Origin: Candidatus Saccharimonadota bacterium
GTDB taxonomy: Bacteria > Patescibacteriota > Saccharimonadia > Saccharimonadales > UBA4665
Assembly: GCA_036782475.1 (NCBI GenBank)
Contig: DAIPYY010000001.1
Location: forward strand, 1-48,095
DNA: 48,095 nt
Direction of reading: 5' to 3'
The notes under the pieces were generated by a model. The model did not search any database. It was given only the letters and a program-made list of their open reading frames with translations, and was not told where the DNA came from. A program made the translations under genes and the position numbers. Numbering within the stretch: position 1 is the stretch's first letter; every line of letters starts with the position of its first letter. Positions 9,711-17,884 of this stretch are shown one piece after another.

Positions 9711-10310
9711 TTATTCCTGGTCGGCAGGGGCGTGCTGGGTGAAGTAATTAATCTCGTTTACAACATCAAGCAATGCCTGGGCGCGGACTTTGTCATCGGG
9801 GATAGCCTGCGCCGCAGCATAGGCCTCTTTGAGGAGCGCCTGGTTGTCGGTGCTCTGGATCATCATCATGGTAGTACGGAATTTCTCTTCAGGACTCTGG
9901 TCGAGGTGGTCGATCAGGGGTCCGAGGTCACCCAACGCCTGCTGTTTGAGCACGAGCAGGTCATCGTCCTGGGACTGGGCAAGTACCGGTTCGCCCGGGG
10001 TTTCGTCGAGCTCATCGGGCTGCGGCTGCATGATGGGCAAGTCGTCCGTAGGAGCGGGATCGACCCCCTCATCACCGAGACCGACGTCTCCGAGCGGGCC
10101 GGACACTGGGCCCGGTTCCGCTGTCGGTACCGCGGAAGCGCCGTCATCAAGTCCGTCCGGTGCCACGGTAGTCGTATCATCTGCCTGTGCCGCCGGCATC
10201 GCCATATCGTCAGACGGTGCCGCTGCGCCGACGATGAACGAGCTTCCCGCGGGTGCGCCTGCCGGCGTCACGTCTGTATTTTGCTGATCGTCTTGACTGC
10301 CAAAAATCAT
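9711..10310 (-). CDS. hypothetical acidic protein (Asp/Pro/Ala-rich N-half, helical C-half)
   Basis: ORF with strong SD (AGGGGGTGGA) directly before ATG 10310. The track start at 10340 is a GTG. Confidence 0.6.
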   Translation of the reverse strand: MIFGSQDDQQNTDVTPAGAPAGSSFIVGAAAPSDDMAMPAAQADDTTTVAPDGLDDGASAVPTAEPGPVSGPLGDVGLGDEGVDPAPTDDLPIMQPQPDELDETPGEPVLAQSQDDDLLVLKQQALGDLGPLIDHLDQSPEEKFRTTMMMIQSTDNQALLKEAYAAAQAIPDDKVRAQALLDVVNEINYFTQHAPADQE

Positions 10311-10357
10311 TCCACCCCCTTGTCCGGTAGCGCCGGACACGTCATTGTTGCCTTATG

Positions 10358-10379
10358 GCACCATTGTAGCAAATGGTGC
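10358..10379. promoter_or_regulatory. perfect 8-bp inverted repeat GCACCATT-N6-AATGGTGC enclosing a -10 box
   Basis: Arms at 10358-10365 and 10372-10379. On the minus strand the centre reads TGcTACAAT, a -10 for the 9711..10310 gene. Confidence 0.4.
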
Positions 10380-10422
10380 AAATAAGCACTAGCGGGAAAC
10401 GTCAGGCACAAATTTCACCCTC

Positions 10423-10431
10423 TGATACAAT
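10423..10431 (+). promoter_or_regulatory. extended -10 TGaTACAAT for argS (ATG 6 nt downstream)
   Basis: cTGaTACAATagaggcATG. Confidence 0.45.
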
Positions 10432-10437
10432 AGAGGC

Positions 10438-12189
10438 ATGAAAACAGCGTTGGAACAGGCGATCGCCGACATTGTGCGGACTCATTACGATATTGAGACA
10501 GCCGTGGAATTGACGCGGCCGGAGGTACAGTTCGGTGACTACGCCACCAACATCGCCCTGCAGCTTGCGGGCAGATTAGGACGGAACCCCCGGGAAATCG
10601 CCGAGGAAATCGCTGCGCGACTCCGCGAAGCCGGCAAGGCCTCGGAAGCCACGGTCGCCGGGGCGGGTTTCATCAATATCCGGCTGTCCGACGTGGCCCT
10701 GCTTGAGCTGGCAAAGGCACAGCCAGCAAAGCCCCGGGAAGGCACGACCGTTGTCATCGAGACGAACAATCCGAATCCTTTCAAGGCCATGCATATCGGT
10801 CATGCCATGAACGCCATCGTCGCCGACACCATCGCCAACCTGCTCCAAGCAAGCGGCGCACATACGTACCGCGTCAGTTATCACGGCGATGTCGGGCTGC
10901 ATGTCGGCAAAAGCATGTGGGCGCTGCTGCGTTACGTAGACGGCGACGCATCAAAGTTGGACGTCGTACCGGCCGGTGAGCGCAATGAGTTCATGAGCCG
11001 GATGTACGCCGAAGGTTCACAGGCGTACAAAGATGATGAAACGGCCAAGGCTGAGATCGCTGAGCTCGCAAAGCAGTCATTCACTCGCGAGGACCCGCTC
11101 TACGCCAGCGTCTATGAGACCGTGTTCGCCTGGAGCTTCATGGAAATCGACGGCAACATGCGCCGGCTCGGCAACCAGCCGGTCGAACGGAAGTTCCTCG
11201 AAAGTGACGCAGATATGCGCGGGGTCAAGATTGTCCGGGACAACGTGCCAACAGTATTTCAGGAAAGTAACGGCGCCCTCGTTTTCAAGGGGTCAGAACA
11301 TGGTACGTTTGACAATGCGTTCGTCTCGTCGAACGGGCAGGGGCTCTACGCCGCACGCGACCTGGGACTGATCCAGCTCAAGAACGAGCAGTATCATCCG
11401 GACAAAAGCTACATTATCACCGCCGAAGAGCAACGCGACTACTTCAAGGGTGTACTCGCCGCGGCCGGGCTGTGTTTTCCGGAGTTCAAAGACGTTACCG
11501 TCAATATCCCGACGGGCATGGTGAAACTGTCGACGGGCAAAATGAGCTCGCGCGACGGCGGCGTCATCACCATCTCCTGGCTGTTTGACCAGGTGGCCGA
11601 GGCTATCCGCGCACGGGGCGGGGAAGCGACCGAAGACATTATGGCCGGCGCCCTGCGATATGCGTTCCTGAAAGTCCGCGTCGGCGGCGATATCATCTTC
11701 GACATCAACGAATCAGTCAGCATCCAGGGTAATAGCGGTCCCTACCTGCAATACGCCCACGCACGGGCCAGGAGCATCTTGAGTAAAGCTCAAGATGCGG
11801 CAGCCGTGCACAGCACGGCCGCGAGCGAGAAGCGAGCGGGGGAGGAGCAGGCCGATACGAGTGGAAGCGACATATCACCTGCGGAAGGGGCAAAGCCCCT
11901 CCTATTTGATGGAGGAGAAGCCCAAACTCTTCACCCCGACGAGCGCCTCCTTCTCCGTAAACTCACCGAATACAACGCGGCGATCGAAAAGGCCATAGAC
12001 GAGCTGCTGCCCCACTACATCTGTACCTACCTCTACGAGCTCGCTCAGGAATTCAATCGGTTCTACGAAAAAAACCGCGTCATCGGCGACGAACGGCAAG
12101 ACCTACGCCTCTGGCTGGTCGAGGCCTACGCCGATACGCTCCGGAGTGGCCTTACTCTCCTTGGCATCCACGCCCCGGACAGGATGTAG
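10438..12189 (+). CDS. argS: arginine--tRNA ligase
   Basis: NPNPFKAMHIGHAMN (HIGH), class I core, and C-terminal DALR anticodon-binding domain (YICTYLYELAQEFNRFYE). A low-complexity insertion lies before the DALR domain. Confidence 0.9.
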   Translation: MKTALEQAIADIVRTHYDIETAVELTRPEVQFGDYATNIALQLAGRLGRNPREIAEEIAARLREAGKASEATVAGAGFINIRLSDVALLELAKAQPAKPREGTTVVIETNNPNPFKAMHIGHAMNAIVADTIANLLQASGAHTYRVSYHGDVGLHVGKSMWALLRYVDGDASKLDVVPAGERNEFMSRMYAEGSQAYKDDETAKAEIAELAKQSFTREDPLYASVYETVFAWSFMEIDGNMRRLGNQPVERKFLESDADMRGVKIVRDNVPTVFQESNGALVFKGSEHGTFDNAFVSSNGQGLYAARDLGLIQLKNEQYHPDKSYIITAEEQRDYFKGVLAAAGLCFPEFKDVTVNIPTGMVKLSTGKMSSRDGGVITISWLFDQVAEAIRARGGEATEDIMAGALRYAFLKVRVGGDIIFDINESVSIQGNSGPYLQYAHARARSILSKAQDAAAVHSTAASEKRAGEEQADTSGSDISPAEGAKPLLFDGGEAQTLHPDERLLLRKLTEYNAAIEKAIDELLPHYICTYLYELAQEFNRFYEKNRVIGDERQDLRLWLVEAYADTLRSGLTLLGIHAPDRM

Positions 12190-12310
12190 TTTTTCCTAAA
12201 GAATAGTTGGCGCTTTTCGGGAACGAGTAAGAATTTTCACACCGTTCCTTTTTGCTTTGTTTTATGATGCCTCTTGTAGCAAGTGTCATTAACAAGAAAG
12301 GGAACAAATC

Positions 12311-12532
12311 ATGAAATTCAATAGTGTCGACTGGGTAGCCTACGTACTAGTATTGATCGGGGCACTGAACTGGGGGCTGGTAGGAGCATTTGATTTTAAT
12401 CTCGTCGAAACACTGTTCGGTGATATGACCGCGCTGGCACGCATCGTGTACGGCCTCGTGGGTCTTTCCGCGTTGTATCTCGTCGTTACGGTAGGCAAGC
12501 TGACGAAATCCAATGGCTTATTAGACCGCTAG
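12311..12532 (+). CDS. DUF378 family small membrane protein
   Basis: 73 aa with two TM helices, the characteristic GALNWGLVG motif, and SD AAGAAAGGGA upstream. Confidence 0.8.
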   Translation: MKFNSVDWVAYVLVLIGALNWGLVGAFDFNLVETLFGDMTALARIVYGLVGLSALYLVVTVGKLTKSNGLLDR

Positions 12533-12643
12533 GTCCTCCTTACCCCAAATCTACTCCTGGGATCCTGCAATCCACTGAGAGTCTTGTCACATAGCTTCGG
12601 CGGCTGTATAGTTGGACTCATCAACGGGTGGAGGAGGACTGAT

Positions 12644-13342
12644 ATGAGACTTCACGACCTACACACCACGGCAGCCGAAGCAGTCGCGCCGTACTTCCCG
12701 ATTGAAGAGCCCGAGGCGACCAGGAGGAGGCTCAGCGAGCAGGAAGAAACGCTCCGCAAAAACGTACGCGGGATACTACGATCGGCCGCCAGGGAAGGCA
12801 TGGAGATTGAGACAAAAACCATTCCGCCGAACCTGTCGACAGAGGGGATAGGGGTGGTCAAAAAAATGCTGGCCATAGAGTTTGAGGCGACCGAAAGCTT
12901 TCAATTATTCGCAGGGAACGACCCGGATGACCTGGGCCGGGAGCTATTTGTGACTCAGACGATAGTATTTGGCACGCACGATCTTTTGGTACACGGCGGT
13001 GTGACCAGGCCCGTCCGGTCGCTCGACATCCTCACCGGTTTCATGGTGCGCGATTGGGCGACAAAAGACATCATAGACAATCATCCACTGAATGACACGG
13101 CCGTCCTCGAGAGACTGAGTCCGCGGTACCCGGTTTTCACCAACAATGAGCGATTCATGACAGGCGGTATCGCCAATCAGCTATACCCACCGCTGCTATC
13201 GGTCACCGACGAGATGGAATACGCCGCGGCGAATAGATTTCGAGGTGGCGAAGGGTGGAGCGAAGTGCTTGAAGGAATGCTCTGTGCCGTCGACCAAGCG
13301 TCGGCTGTTATCACTGGCAAATCCACCTTGAGCCTACTGTAA
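12644..13342 (+). CDS. hypothetical protein
   Basis: ATG 12644 is preceded by GGAGGAGG with 6-nt spacing. The track ORF begins 60 nt earlier at a non-ATG codon. No recognisable motifs. Confidence 0.6.
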   Translation: MRLHDLHTTAAEAVAPYFPIEEPEATRRRLSEQEETLRKNVRGILRSAAREGMEIETKTIPPNLSTEGIGVVKKMLAIEFEATESFQLFAGNDPDDLGRELFVTQTIVFGTHDLLVHGGVTRPVRSLDILTGFMVRDWATKDIIDNHPLNDTAVLERLSPRYPVFTNNERFMTGGIANQLYPPLLSVTDEMEYAAANRFRGGEGWSEVLEGMLCAVDQASAVITGKSTLSLL

Positions 13343-13470
13343 GGATTAGATATTCTGGACGCCCCCTCGGGGAGCAAGCTCCCGTTTCTTTTATCCGCTT
13401 CGCGAACCTACGACTACGCACGCTTGCAGCGTGCTGTCGTAGAACCGACTCCGTCCGGAGATAACCAAAT

Positions 13471-13498
13471 AAAAAAGGCTGGCAAGCCAACCTTTTTT
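13471..13498. terminator. bidirectional intrinsic terminator (A6-hairpin-T6)
   Basis: AAAAAAGGCTGGC-AA-GCCAACCTTTTTT. Lies after the + strand CDS and directly after the minus-strand tRNA-Arg. Confidence 0.55.
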
Positions 13499-13501
13499 AT
13501 T

Positions 13502-13578
13502 TGGTACACCTGGCAGGATTCGAACCTACGACCTTTGGCTCCGCAAGCCAACGCTCTATCCAGCTGAGCTACAGGTGC
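13502..13578 (-). tRNA. tRNA-Arg (anticodon GCG by manual fold), CCA encoded
   Basis: 77-nt cloverleaf: acceptor GCACCTG/CAGGTGT, D-arm GCTCAGCTGGATAGAGC, anticodon stem TTGGC/GCCAA with loop TTGCGGA, T-arm GTAGGTTCGAATCCTGC. Overall it resembles bacterial tRNA-Arg. Confidence 0.85.
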
Positions 13579-13721
13579 ATAACTGCGGTAACGAGACAAA
13601 ACCGATGGTTTTTTCTCGTCGCGCCGGCAAAAAGACGTGACTTTTTGTCGGGCTGCTCTTTTTTCCTTAGGGAAAAGAACGCAACAGAGGTAGATTGTAG
13701 CAGCTTTTGGTCTACTTGTCT

Positions 13722-13744
13722 ACTCCTGGCGGAGAGGGAGGGAT
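13722..13744 (-). repeat. 23-nt direct-repeat copy of the tRNA-Ser(CGA) 3' end (orphan copy)
   Basis: ACTCCTGGCGGAGAGGGAGGGAT is identical to 13841-13863. It covers half the T-loop, the 3' T-stem, the 3' acceptor strand, CCA and 5 nt of flank. Confidence 0.85.
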
Positions 13745-13840
13745 GGTCGCTGTCGCGACGCTTCGCCCGAACCCCTTTCGGGTTCAAACCCTCGCTTCTC
13801 TGACGAGCAGCCAGCAATCCGCCTGAAAGGCGTATTGCCA

Positions 13841-13863
13841 ACTCCTGGCGGAGAGGGAGGGAT
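13841..13863 (-). repeat. 23-nt direct-repeat copy (within and just 3' of tRNA-Ser(CGA))
   Basis: Identical to 13722-13744. The two copies lie 119 bp apart. Confidence 0.85.
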
Positions 13864-13936
13864 TCGAACCCTCGATGCCGTTGCCGACATACTGCATTTC
13901 GAGTGCAGCGCACTAGACCAACTATGCGACCTCTCC
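13846..13936 (-). tRNA. tRNA-Ser (anticodon CGA), class II with long variable arm, CCA encoded
   Basis: GGAGAGG...CTGCA-CTCGAAA-TGCAG anticodon arm, long variable arm TATGTCGGCAACGGCATC, T-arm GAGGGTTCGAATCCCTC, 3' end CCTCTCCGCCA. Confidence 0.9.
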
Positions 13937-13946
13937 TCGGTTGTCT

Positions 13947-13955
13947 ATTGTAACA
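13947..13955 (-). promoter_or_regulatory. extended -10 TGtTACAAT, 10 nt upstream of tRNA-Ser(CGA)
   Basis: Minus strand reads cTGtTACAATagacaaccga followed by GGAGAGG. Confidence 0.45.
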
Positions 13956-14221
13956 GATTGCAACATGGAGAGATATAGCACATACCGTGTGCGAAATAGC
14001 ACGCCGAAATTGTATGCTGCATTACAGATAACTGTGGTACAAATTGCTACGATGTGTCTGTACCAGAGGAGGGATAGATGGTACCGCGAAAGCACTACGA
14101 ACCAATCATCATCGAGGATGCGTTTATGAACGCCGACCTCAGTGAGAACGAACGCTAAGGAGCAGGACAAGCCACCGGCGGAAGAATCTACGGGGCAGGC
14201 TACCTGTGGGTACAGCGGAAA

Positions 14222-14230
14222 TGCTATGCT
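14222..14230 (+). promoter_or_regulatory. extended -10 TGcTATGCT, 7 nt upstream of ATG 14238
   Basis: aTGcTATGCTatatagcATG. Embedded in the palindrome ATGCTATATAGCAT. Confidence 0.35.
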
Positions 14231-14237
14231 ATATAGC

Positions 14238-15836
14238 ATGTTTCGGAAGCGTTTTGCGGCCATTAGCCGGTGGGTAGAACACCATCAGACTATCCTCACT
14301 GCAACCGTGGGGTCGGCCATCGTGGCCGTATGGACGGTGCTCAGGCATATCACGAACGGCATCAATTTCGATGTTGTCGGACAAATCGGGGTGGCAGCGC
14401 AGTGGACGCACGGACTGCACGGCGGCGCGGTATTCGGTGCCACTAATTATCTACTCAAAATGCCGCTCTACGCCCTTATGAATGCCACCGACTGGATACC
14501 GCCGGTGGTGCGTATCCTCCTCCTCGCACTCATCTGCAGCGCAGGCGCCTACTTACTCATCTACTTCATACTACGAAAGATCGCGCGGCTGTACAGGGTA
14601 AAGAACTTCATGCTACTGAACCTCGGCATGTTGTGGCTCGCGGTCATTATGGGGCGTGTTTTTTGGGTGGATTATGCCAATTCACGCAACCTCGAAGTGG
14701 CCGGAGGACTGGCCGTGCTGTACCTGGTGTTCCATCTCTGGGAAAAGGGGACTACTTGGCGGCGATCTATCGGCGTCGTCGGCCTAGCGACGCTGGTATT
14801 TTTCGCCGATCCACTGCAACTTTATATCATCGGCGTGGGTATGGGTGCCGCCGCGGTCGTGTTTGCGCTGCGACGAAACGGCGATGAAAGGCGACGGGCA
14901 ATGTTCTCCGGAGGAATACTCGTGGTGAGCGCAGTGCTTTCGCGCATTTTGGCATGGCTTTCAACAGTGATATTGCCGGTGAGCTACCTAGAGCCGCCTA
15001 AGACTTCTCCGACCCTCGGAGTAGACACGTTGACGGCCATTATTCAAAACTCCGCCACAAGCACGCTGCGCATCTTCGATATCAATGTGTTTTCGAAGGC
15101 ACTCAGCGTCAACAGCCTCCGGCAACTGGGCGGGATGCTGCTACTCGGATTGGCAGTGTATATCCTGATTCGCTACCGAAGGGCGGCGCCAAAACAACCC
15201 GTCCGGGTGTTGGTATGGCTGATCATATGGAACTACGCGGTGTATGCGGCAAGCGGCAACGCCCTGATGGCGATGACCGAACGGTATCTCGTCATGGTGC
15301 CGTTGCTCGTCGTTCTGCTGCTCGGGCTGTACGGCGATGTGCTGCAACCCGTATCGCTGCGTCGTCTTGCACCGCTGTGGCTCGCGGTGATTGTGCTGAG
15401 CGGCAGCTTGCTCGCCGGAGCGATCGTACTGCAATGGCCGAATCGCTACCATCTCGACCAGCCGATGTTCAAGCTGGCAGATTTCGCCCGTACAGAGCGC
15501 TATGACTTCATCGTCACGTCGCGCGGACTGGCTATCCCTGGCAATTACTACGCCGGGTATGAGACGACGGTTGTGCCGACCATGTGTGTCGACGATACGC
15601 ATATTGTGGCGACGAATCTTTTTTATGACCAGGCGGGCTACGCCGGCAAGCTGGGACGGACAGACGGCACCGTGGCGGTCGTGTTGCCCGACGAAGGAGT
15701 GATATCCGACCCGTTTCACTGTACCAGTACCGTAATCCTCACCCAGCTCGGTACACCAGACAGGGAAACAGCCTTGCCGGGGGTCGGTACGGTATACGAA
15801 TACGCCGGCGATACGAAAAGCCTGCGCAGTCTCTAG
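14238..15836 (+). CDS. polytopic membrane protein with GT-C-like glycosyltransferase architecture (about 11 TM plus a C-terminal soluble domain)
   Basis: Long ORF with many hydrophobic helices and an external C-terminal domain of about 110 aa. Function is inferred from architecture only. Start uncertain (14142, 14226 or 14238); 14238 fits the leaderless pattern. Confidence 0.55.
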   Translation: MFRKRFAAISRWVEHHQTILTATVGSAIVAVWTVLRHITNGINFDVVGQIGVAAQWTHGLHGGAVFGATNYLLKMPLYALMNATDWIPPVVRILLLALICSAGAYLLIYFILRKIARLYRVKNFMLLNLGMLWLAVIMGRVFWVDYANSRNLEVAGGLAVLYLVFHLWEKGTTWRRSIGVVGLATLVFFADPLQLYIIGVGMGAAAVVFALRRNGDERRRAMFSGGILVVSAVLSRILAWLSTVILPVSYLEPPKTSPTLGVDTLTAIIQNSATSTLRIFDINVFSKALSVNSLRQLGGMLLLGLAVYILIRYRRAAPKQPVRVLVWLIIWNYAVYAASGNALMAMTERYLVMVPLLVVLLLGLYGDVLQPVSLRRLAPLWLAVIVLSGSLLAGAIVLQWPNRYHLDQPMFKLADFARTERYDFIVTSRGLAIPGNYYAGYETTVVPTMCVDDTHIVATNLFYDQAGYAGKLGRTDGTVAVVLPDEGVISDPFHCTSTVILTQLGTPDRETALPGVGTVYEYAGDTKSLRSL

Positions 15837-17365
15837 GATTTTTTAGCGGGCAGCGTGTAGCGGCGGCCGAGGTACTTCGCGTACGACGAATCGCCCGACT
15901 CGCAGATTTCCATCGTCGGACAAACGTTGGAGTCATGCTGGGCATACGCAAAGAAGGCAGCGGCTTTTTGCGCCTCTTCGTCCGCGGAGAGATTCGCTGG
16001 ACGACCGGCGATAGGATAGCCGATGTATTTGACAAGAGGTATCGCCGTCATATCACGGTAAGTCTGCTGGTAGTATTTCAACGCCATCGTCATCAATTCG
16101 CCAGTCGCATGGTGGTCGCTATGGTCGCCGAGCACATCGGCGGAAGCATCCCCGAGAGTACGGATCTGAATCGGCTGATAGACCGCGATGAATTGCGACA
16201 ACATTTTTAGCAGCGTCTGTTTAGTATACGTCGCCTTCCCATCGATCGAAGTGAGTTCCAGGGCGGAGTTGTTGAGCAATTTCTTGAGGCTGACATCGCC
16301 GGTCGAGGGAAAGCCCTCCCCGTCGAGATTACCGTCGGGCAGGCGCAGGAAAATGACGGCGGCGGTCGGGACGCCGTCCGGCGAAGCATAGACCCGTACC
16401 GGCTGGCCCGCCGGCAGCTTCACGGTGCGAGTCTGCCATTCGCCCTCGTCACCAAGCATCACGCCATACGCGGCACGAATGCCCGCTTCGCGTTCTTCGG
16501 TGTACTCCATGCCCCAGCCATGGTCTGCGGCGGTCAAGTATACCGTGCGTACGCACGTGCCGGCATCGATTGAGGCCTGCGTATCGGGATTGATGAACGC
16601 CAGATCATCATCAGCGTGCGCCACCACTTGAAGTACGGTCCGCCCCTTACAGTTCGCCGCAGACAAGCCGTCCACCTGGAGTGGCTGTGGTCGGGGGCCG
16701 TTCGCGGCGGCATCCGCCCGTCCCTGCCCATGGGCGATCGCACGCTGTAGCGTCGATACGACCCATCCCCCCATAACCAGGGCGAATAAAATAAGCAAAC
16801 ATAGCAGCACCACGCGCAAAGAGTGCTGGCGCTCGGCGTCCCGTGTCGTCTCGGGAATTATCGGGGGCACAGTGGAAACGGAGGAAGTTTTTCTATCAAA
16901 ACGGAGCAGGATACTCGGGTGTTCCGTTGGCACTTTACGCTGCTGCGGGTTGAAAATACGGGTTTTATAAAGGTAAAAATTCCAGATAGTCGTGATGAGC
17001 AGGGCAATGGTGCGCGTTATCGTCGGCGCCAGCCACGGCTCCAGCAGCCGGGTGACCACCACAGTAAACCCAAGGTTGAAGAGTACGAGCAGCCCGACCG
17101 CGATCGCCTGGCTCAGCACGATACGATGGTGCATACGCCGGTCGCGGAACGCAAAAAGCTTCTGCAGGAAAAAAGAGACAACCAGTCCGATGAGAAATGA
17201 TATCGCCACGGCCTCCGTGGGAGTCGCTCCCCAACGCTGCGCGACCACGATGATGACCAGTTCAAGCAGGTACACCGTGCCGCCGACCGCCAGATAGCGG
17301 AAAGATCGCTTCTCATAGAGGCGACGGACACGAGCAAACAGCGATCGGTTTTTTTTCTTTGCCAT
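15833..17365 (-). CDS. GtrA-like membrane domain fused to a PIG-L/LmbE-family deacetylase domain
   Basis: N-terminal 4-TM GtrA-like segment (YLAVGGTVYLLELVIIV...FLQKLFAFRDRR), an extra TM, then VLQVVAHADDDLAFINP and DHSDHHATG (PIG-L zinc-site motifs). Confidence 0.75.
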   Translation of the reverse strand: MAKKKNRSLFARVRRLYEKRSFRYLAVGGTVYLLELVIIVVAQRWGATPTEAVAISFLIGLVVSFFLQKLFAFRDRRMHHRIVLSQAIAVGLLVLFNLGFTVVVTRLLEPWLAPTITRTIALLITTIWNFYLYKTRIFNPQQRKVPTEHPSILLRFDRKTSSVSTVPPIIPETTRDAERQHSLRVVLLCLLILFALVMGGWVVSTLQRAIAHGQGRADAAANGPRPQPLQVDGLSAANCKGRTVLQVVAHADDDLAFINPDTQASIDAGTCVRTVYLTAADHGWGMEYTEEREAGIRAAYGVMLGDEGEWQTRTVKLPAGQPVRVYASPDGVPTAAVIFLRLPDGNLDGEGFPSTGDVSLKKLLNNSALELTSIDGKATYTKQTLLKMLSQFIAVYQPIQIRTLGDASADVLGDHSDHHATGELMTMALKYYQQTYRDMTAIPLVKYIGYPIAGRPANLSADEEAQKAAAFFAYAQHDSNVCPTMEICESGDSSYAKYLGRRYTLPAKKS

Positions 17366-17373
17366 ATACTTCT

Positions 17374-17382
17374 AGTATACCA
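17374..17382 (-). promoter_or_regulatory. extended -10 TGgTATACT, 8 nt upstream of ATG 17365
   Basis: Minus strand reads TGgTATACTagaagtatATG. Confidence 0.45.
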
Positions 17383-17385
17383 AGG

Positions 17386-17811
17386 TTAGGCGTCCGTACG
17401 GCGGCGCGCTCGGATATGGGCATAGACGGTGCCGCCGACCGCCGCGGTGACGACCGGAATCCATAGGTTACCCGGACCGGTGTTGGCAAGTTCTCCTGTG
17501 GTAGTTGATGAAGTGCCGTTCGTCGCGGTGGTGCCGGTGCCCGTCGAGGTCTGAGAGGATGTCGACGTGGAGGTACTGGAAGTACTTGAGGTACTCGAAT
17601 TGCCGGAGGTACTACTGCCACTGTCTTTGCTCTTGTCCGATTCTGCTTTTTGCGACTGGGTGGTTTTTGAGGTGGTAGAAGTAGTGGTGTCCTTGTCGCC
17701 TCGCCAGAAAATAATCCATAGCACCAGCCATATGAGTGCAACGATGATGATAACTCCGATAACCCAGCCTATGATGCGGCGGATCAGCGATGGTTTTTCC
17801 TGCTCGTACAT
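17386..17811 (-). CDS. small Ser/Thr-rich surface protein with a LANTG cell-wall sorting signal
   Basis: N-terminal signal-anchor helix, about 70 aa of S/T-rich sequence, then LANTG (17476-17490), a hydrophobic segment and an RARRR tail. SD AGAGGAG upstream. Confidence 0.8.
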   Translation of the reverse strand: MYEQEKPSLIRRIIGWVIGVIIIVALIWLVLWIIFWRGDKDTTTSTTSKTTQSQKAESDKSKDSGSSTSGNSSTSSTSSTSTSTSSQTSTGTGTTATNGTSSTTTGELANTGPGNLWIPVVTAAVGGTVYAHIRARRRTDA

Positions 17812-17844
17812 GACATTCGACTCCTCTATACTCTTATAAGGAGT

Positions 17845-17853
17845 ACTATACCA
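17845..17853 (-). promoter_or_regulatory. extended -10 TGgTATAGT for the LANTG protein gene (about 27-nt leader with SD)
   Basis: Minus strand reads gTGgTATAGTactccttataagagtatAGAGGAGtcgaatgtcATG. Confidence 0.45.
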
Positions 17854-17884
17854 CTTTTCTATCTATAAATACAAATAAATGGCG

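Noticed and set aside
12190-12310. Possible riboswitch in the 120-nt leader of the DUF378 gene
   Set aside because: There is only a weak hairpin (GGGAACG...CGTTCC) followed by a T-tract. It is more simply the argS terminator, and no known riboswitch consensus was recognised.
13501-13913. 100-aa (+) and 114-aa (-) ORFs, and the 70-aa ORF at 19086..19298
   Set aside because: They run through tRNA genes and the structured spacer, and are explained by the tRNA sequences themselves.
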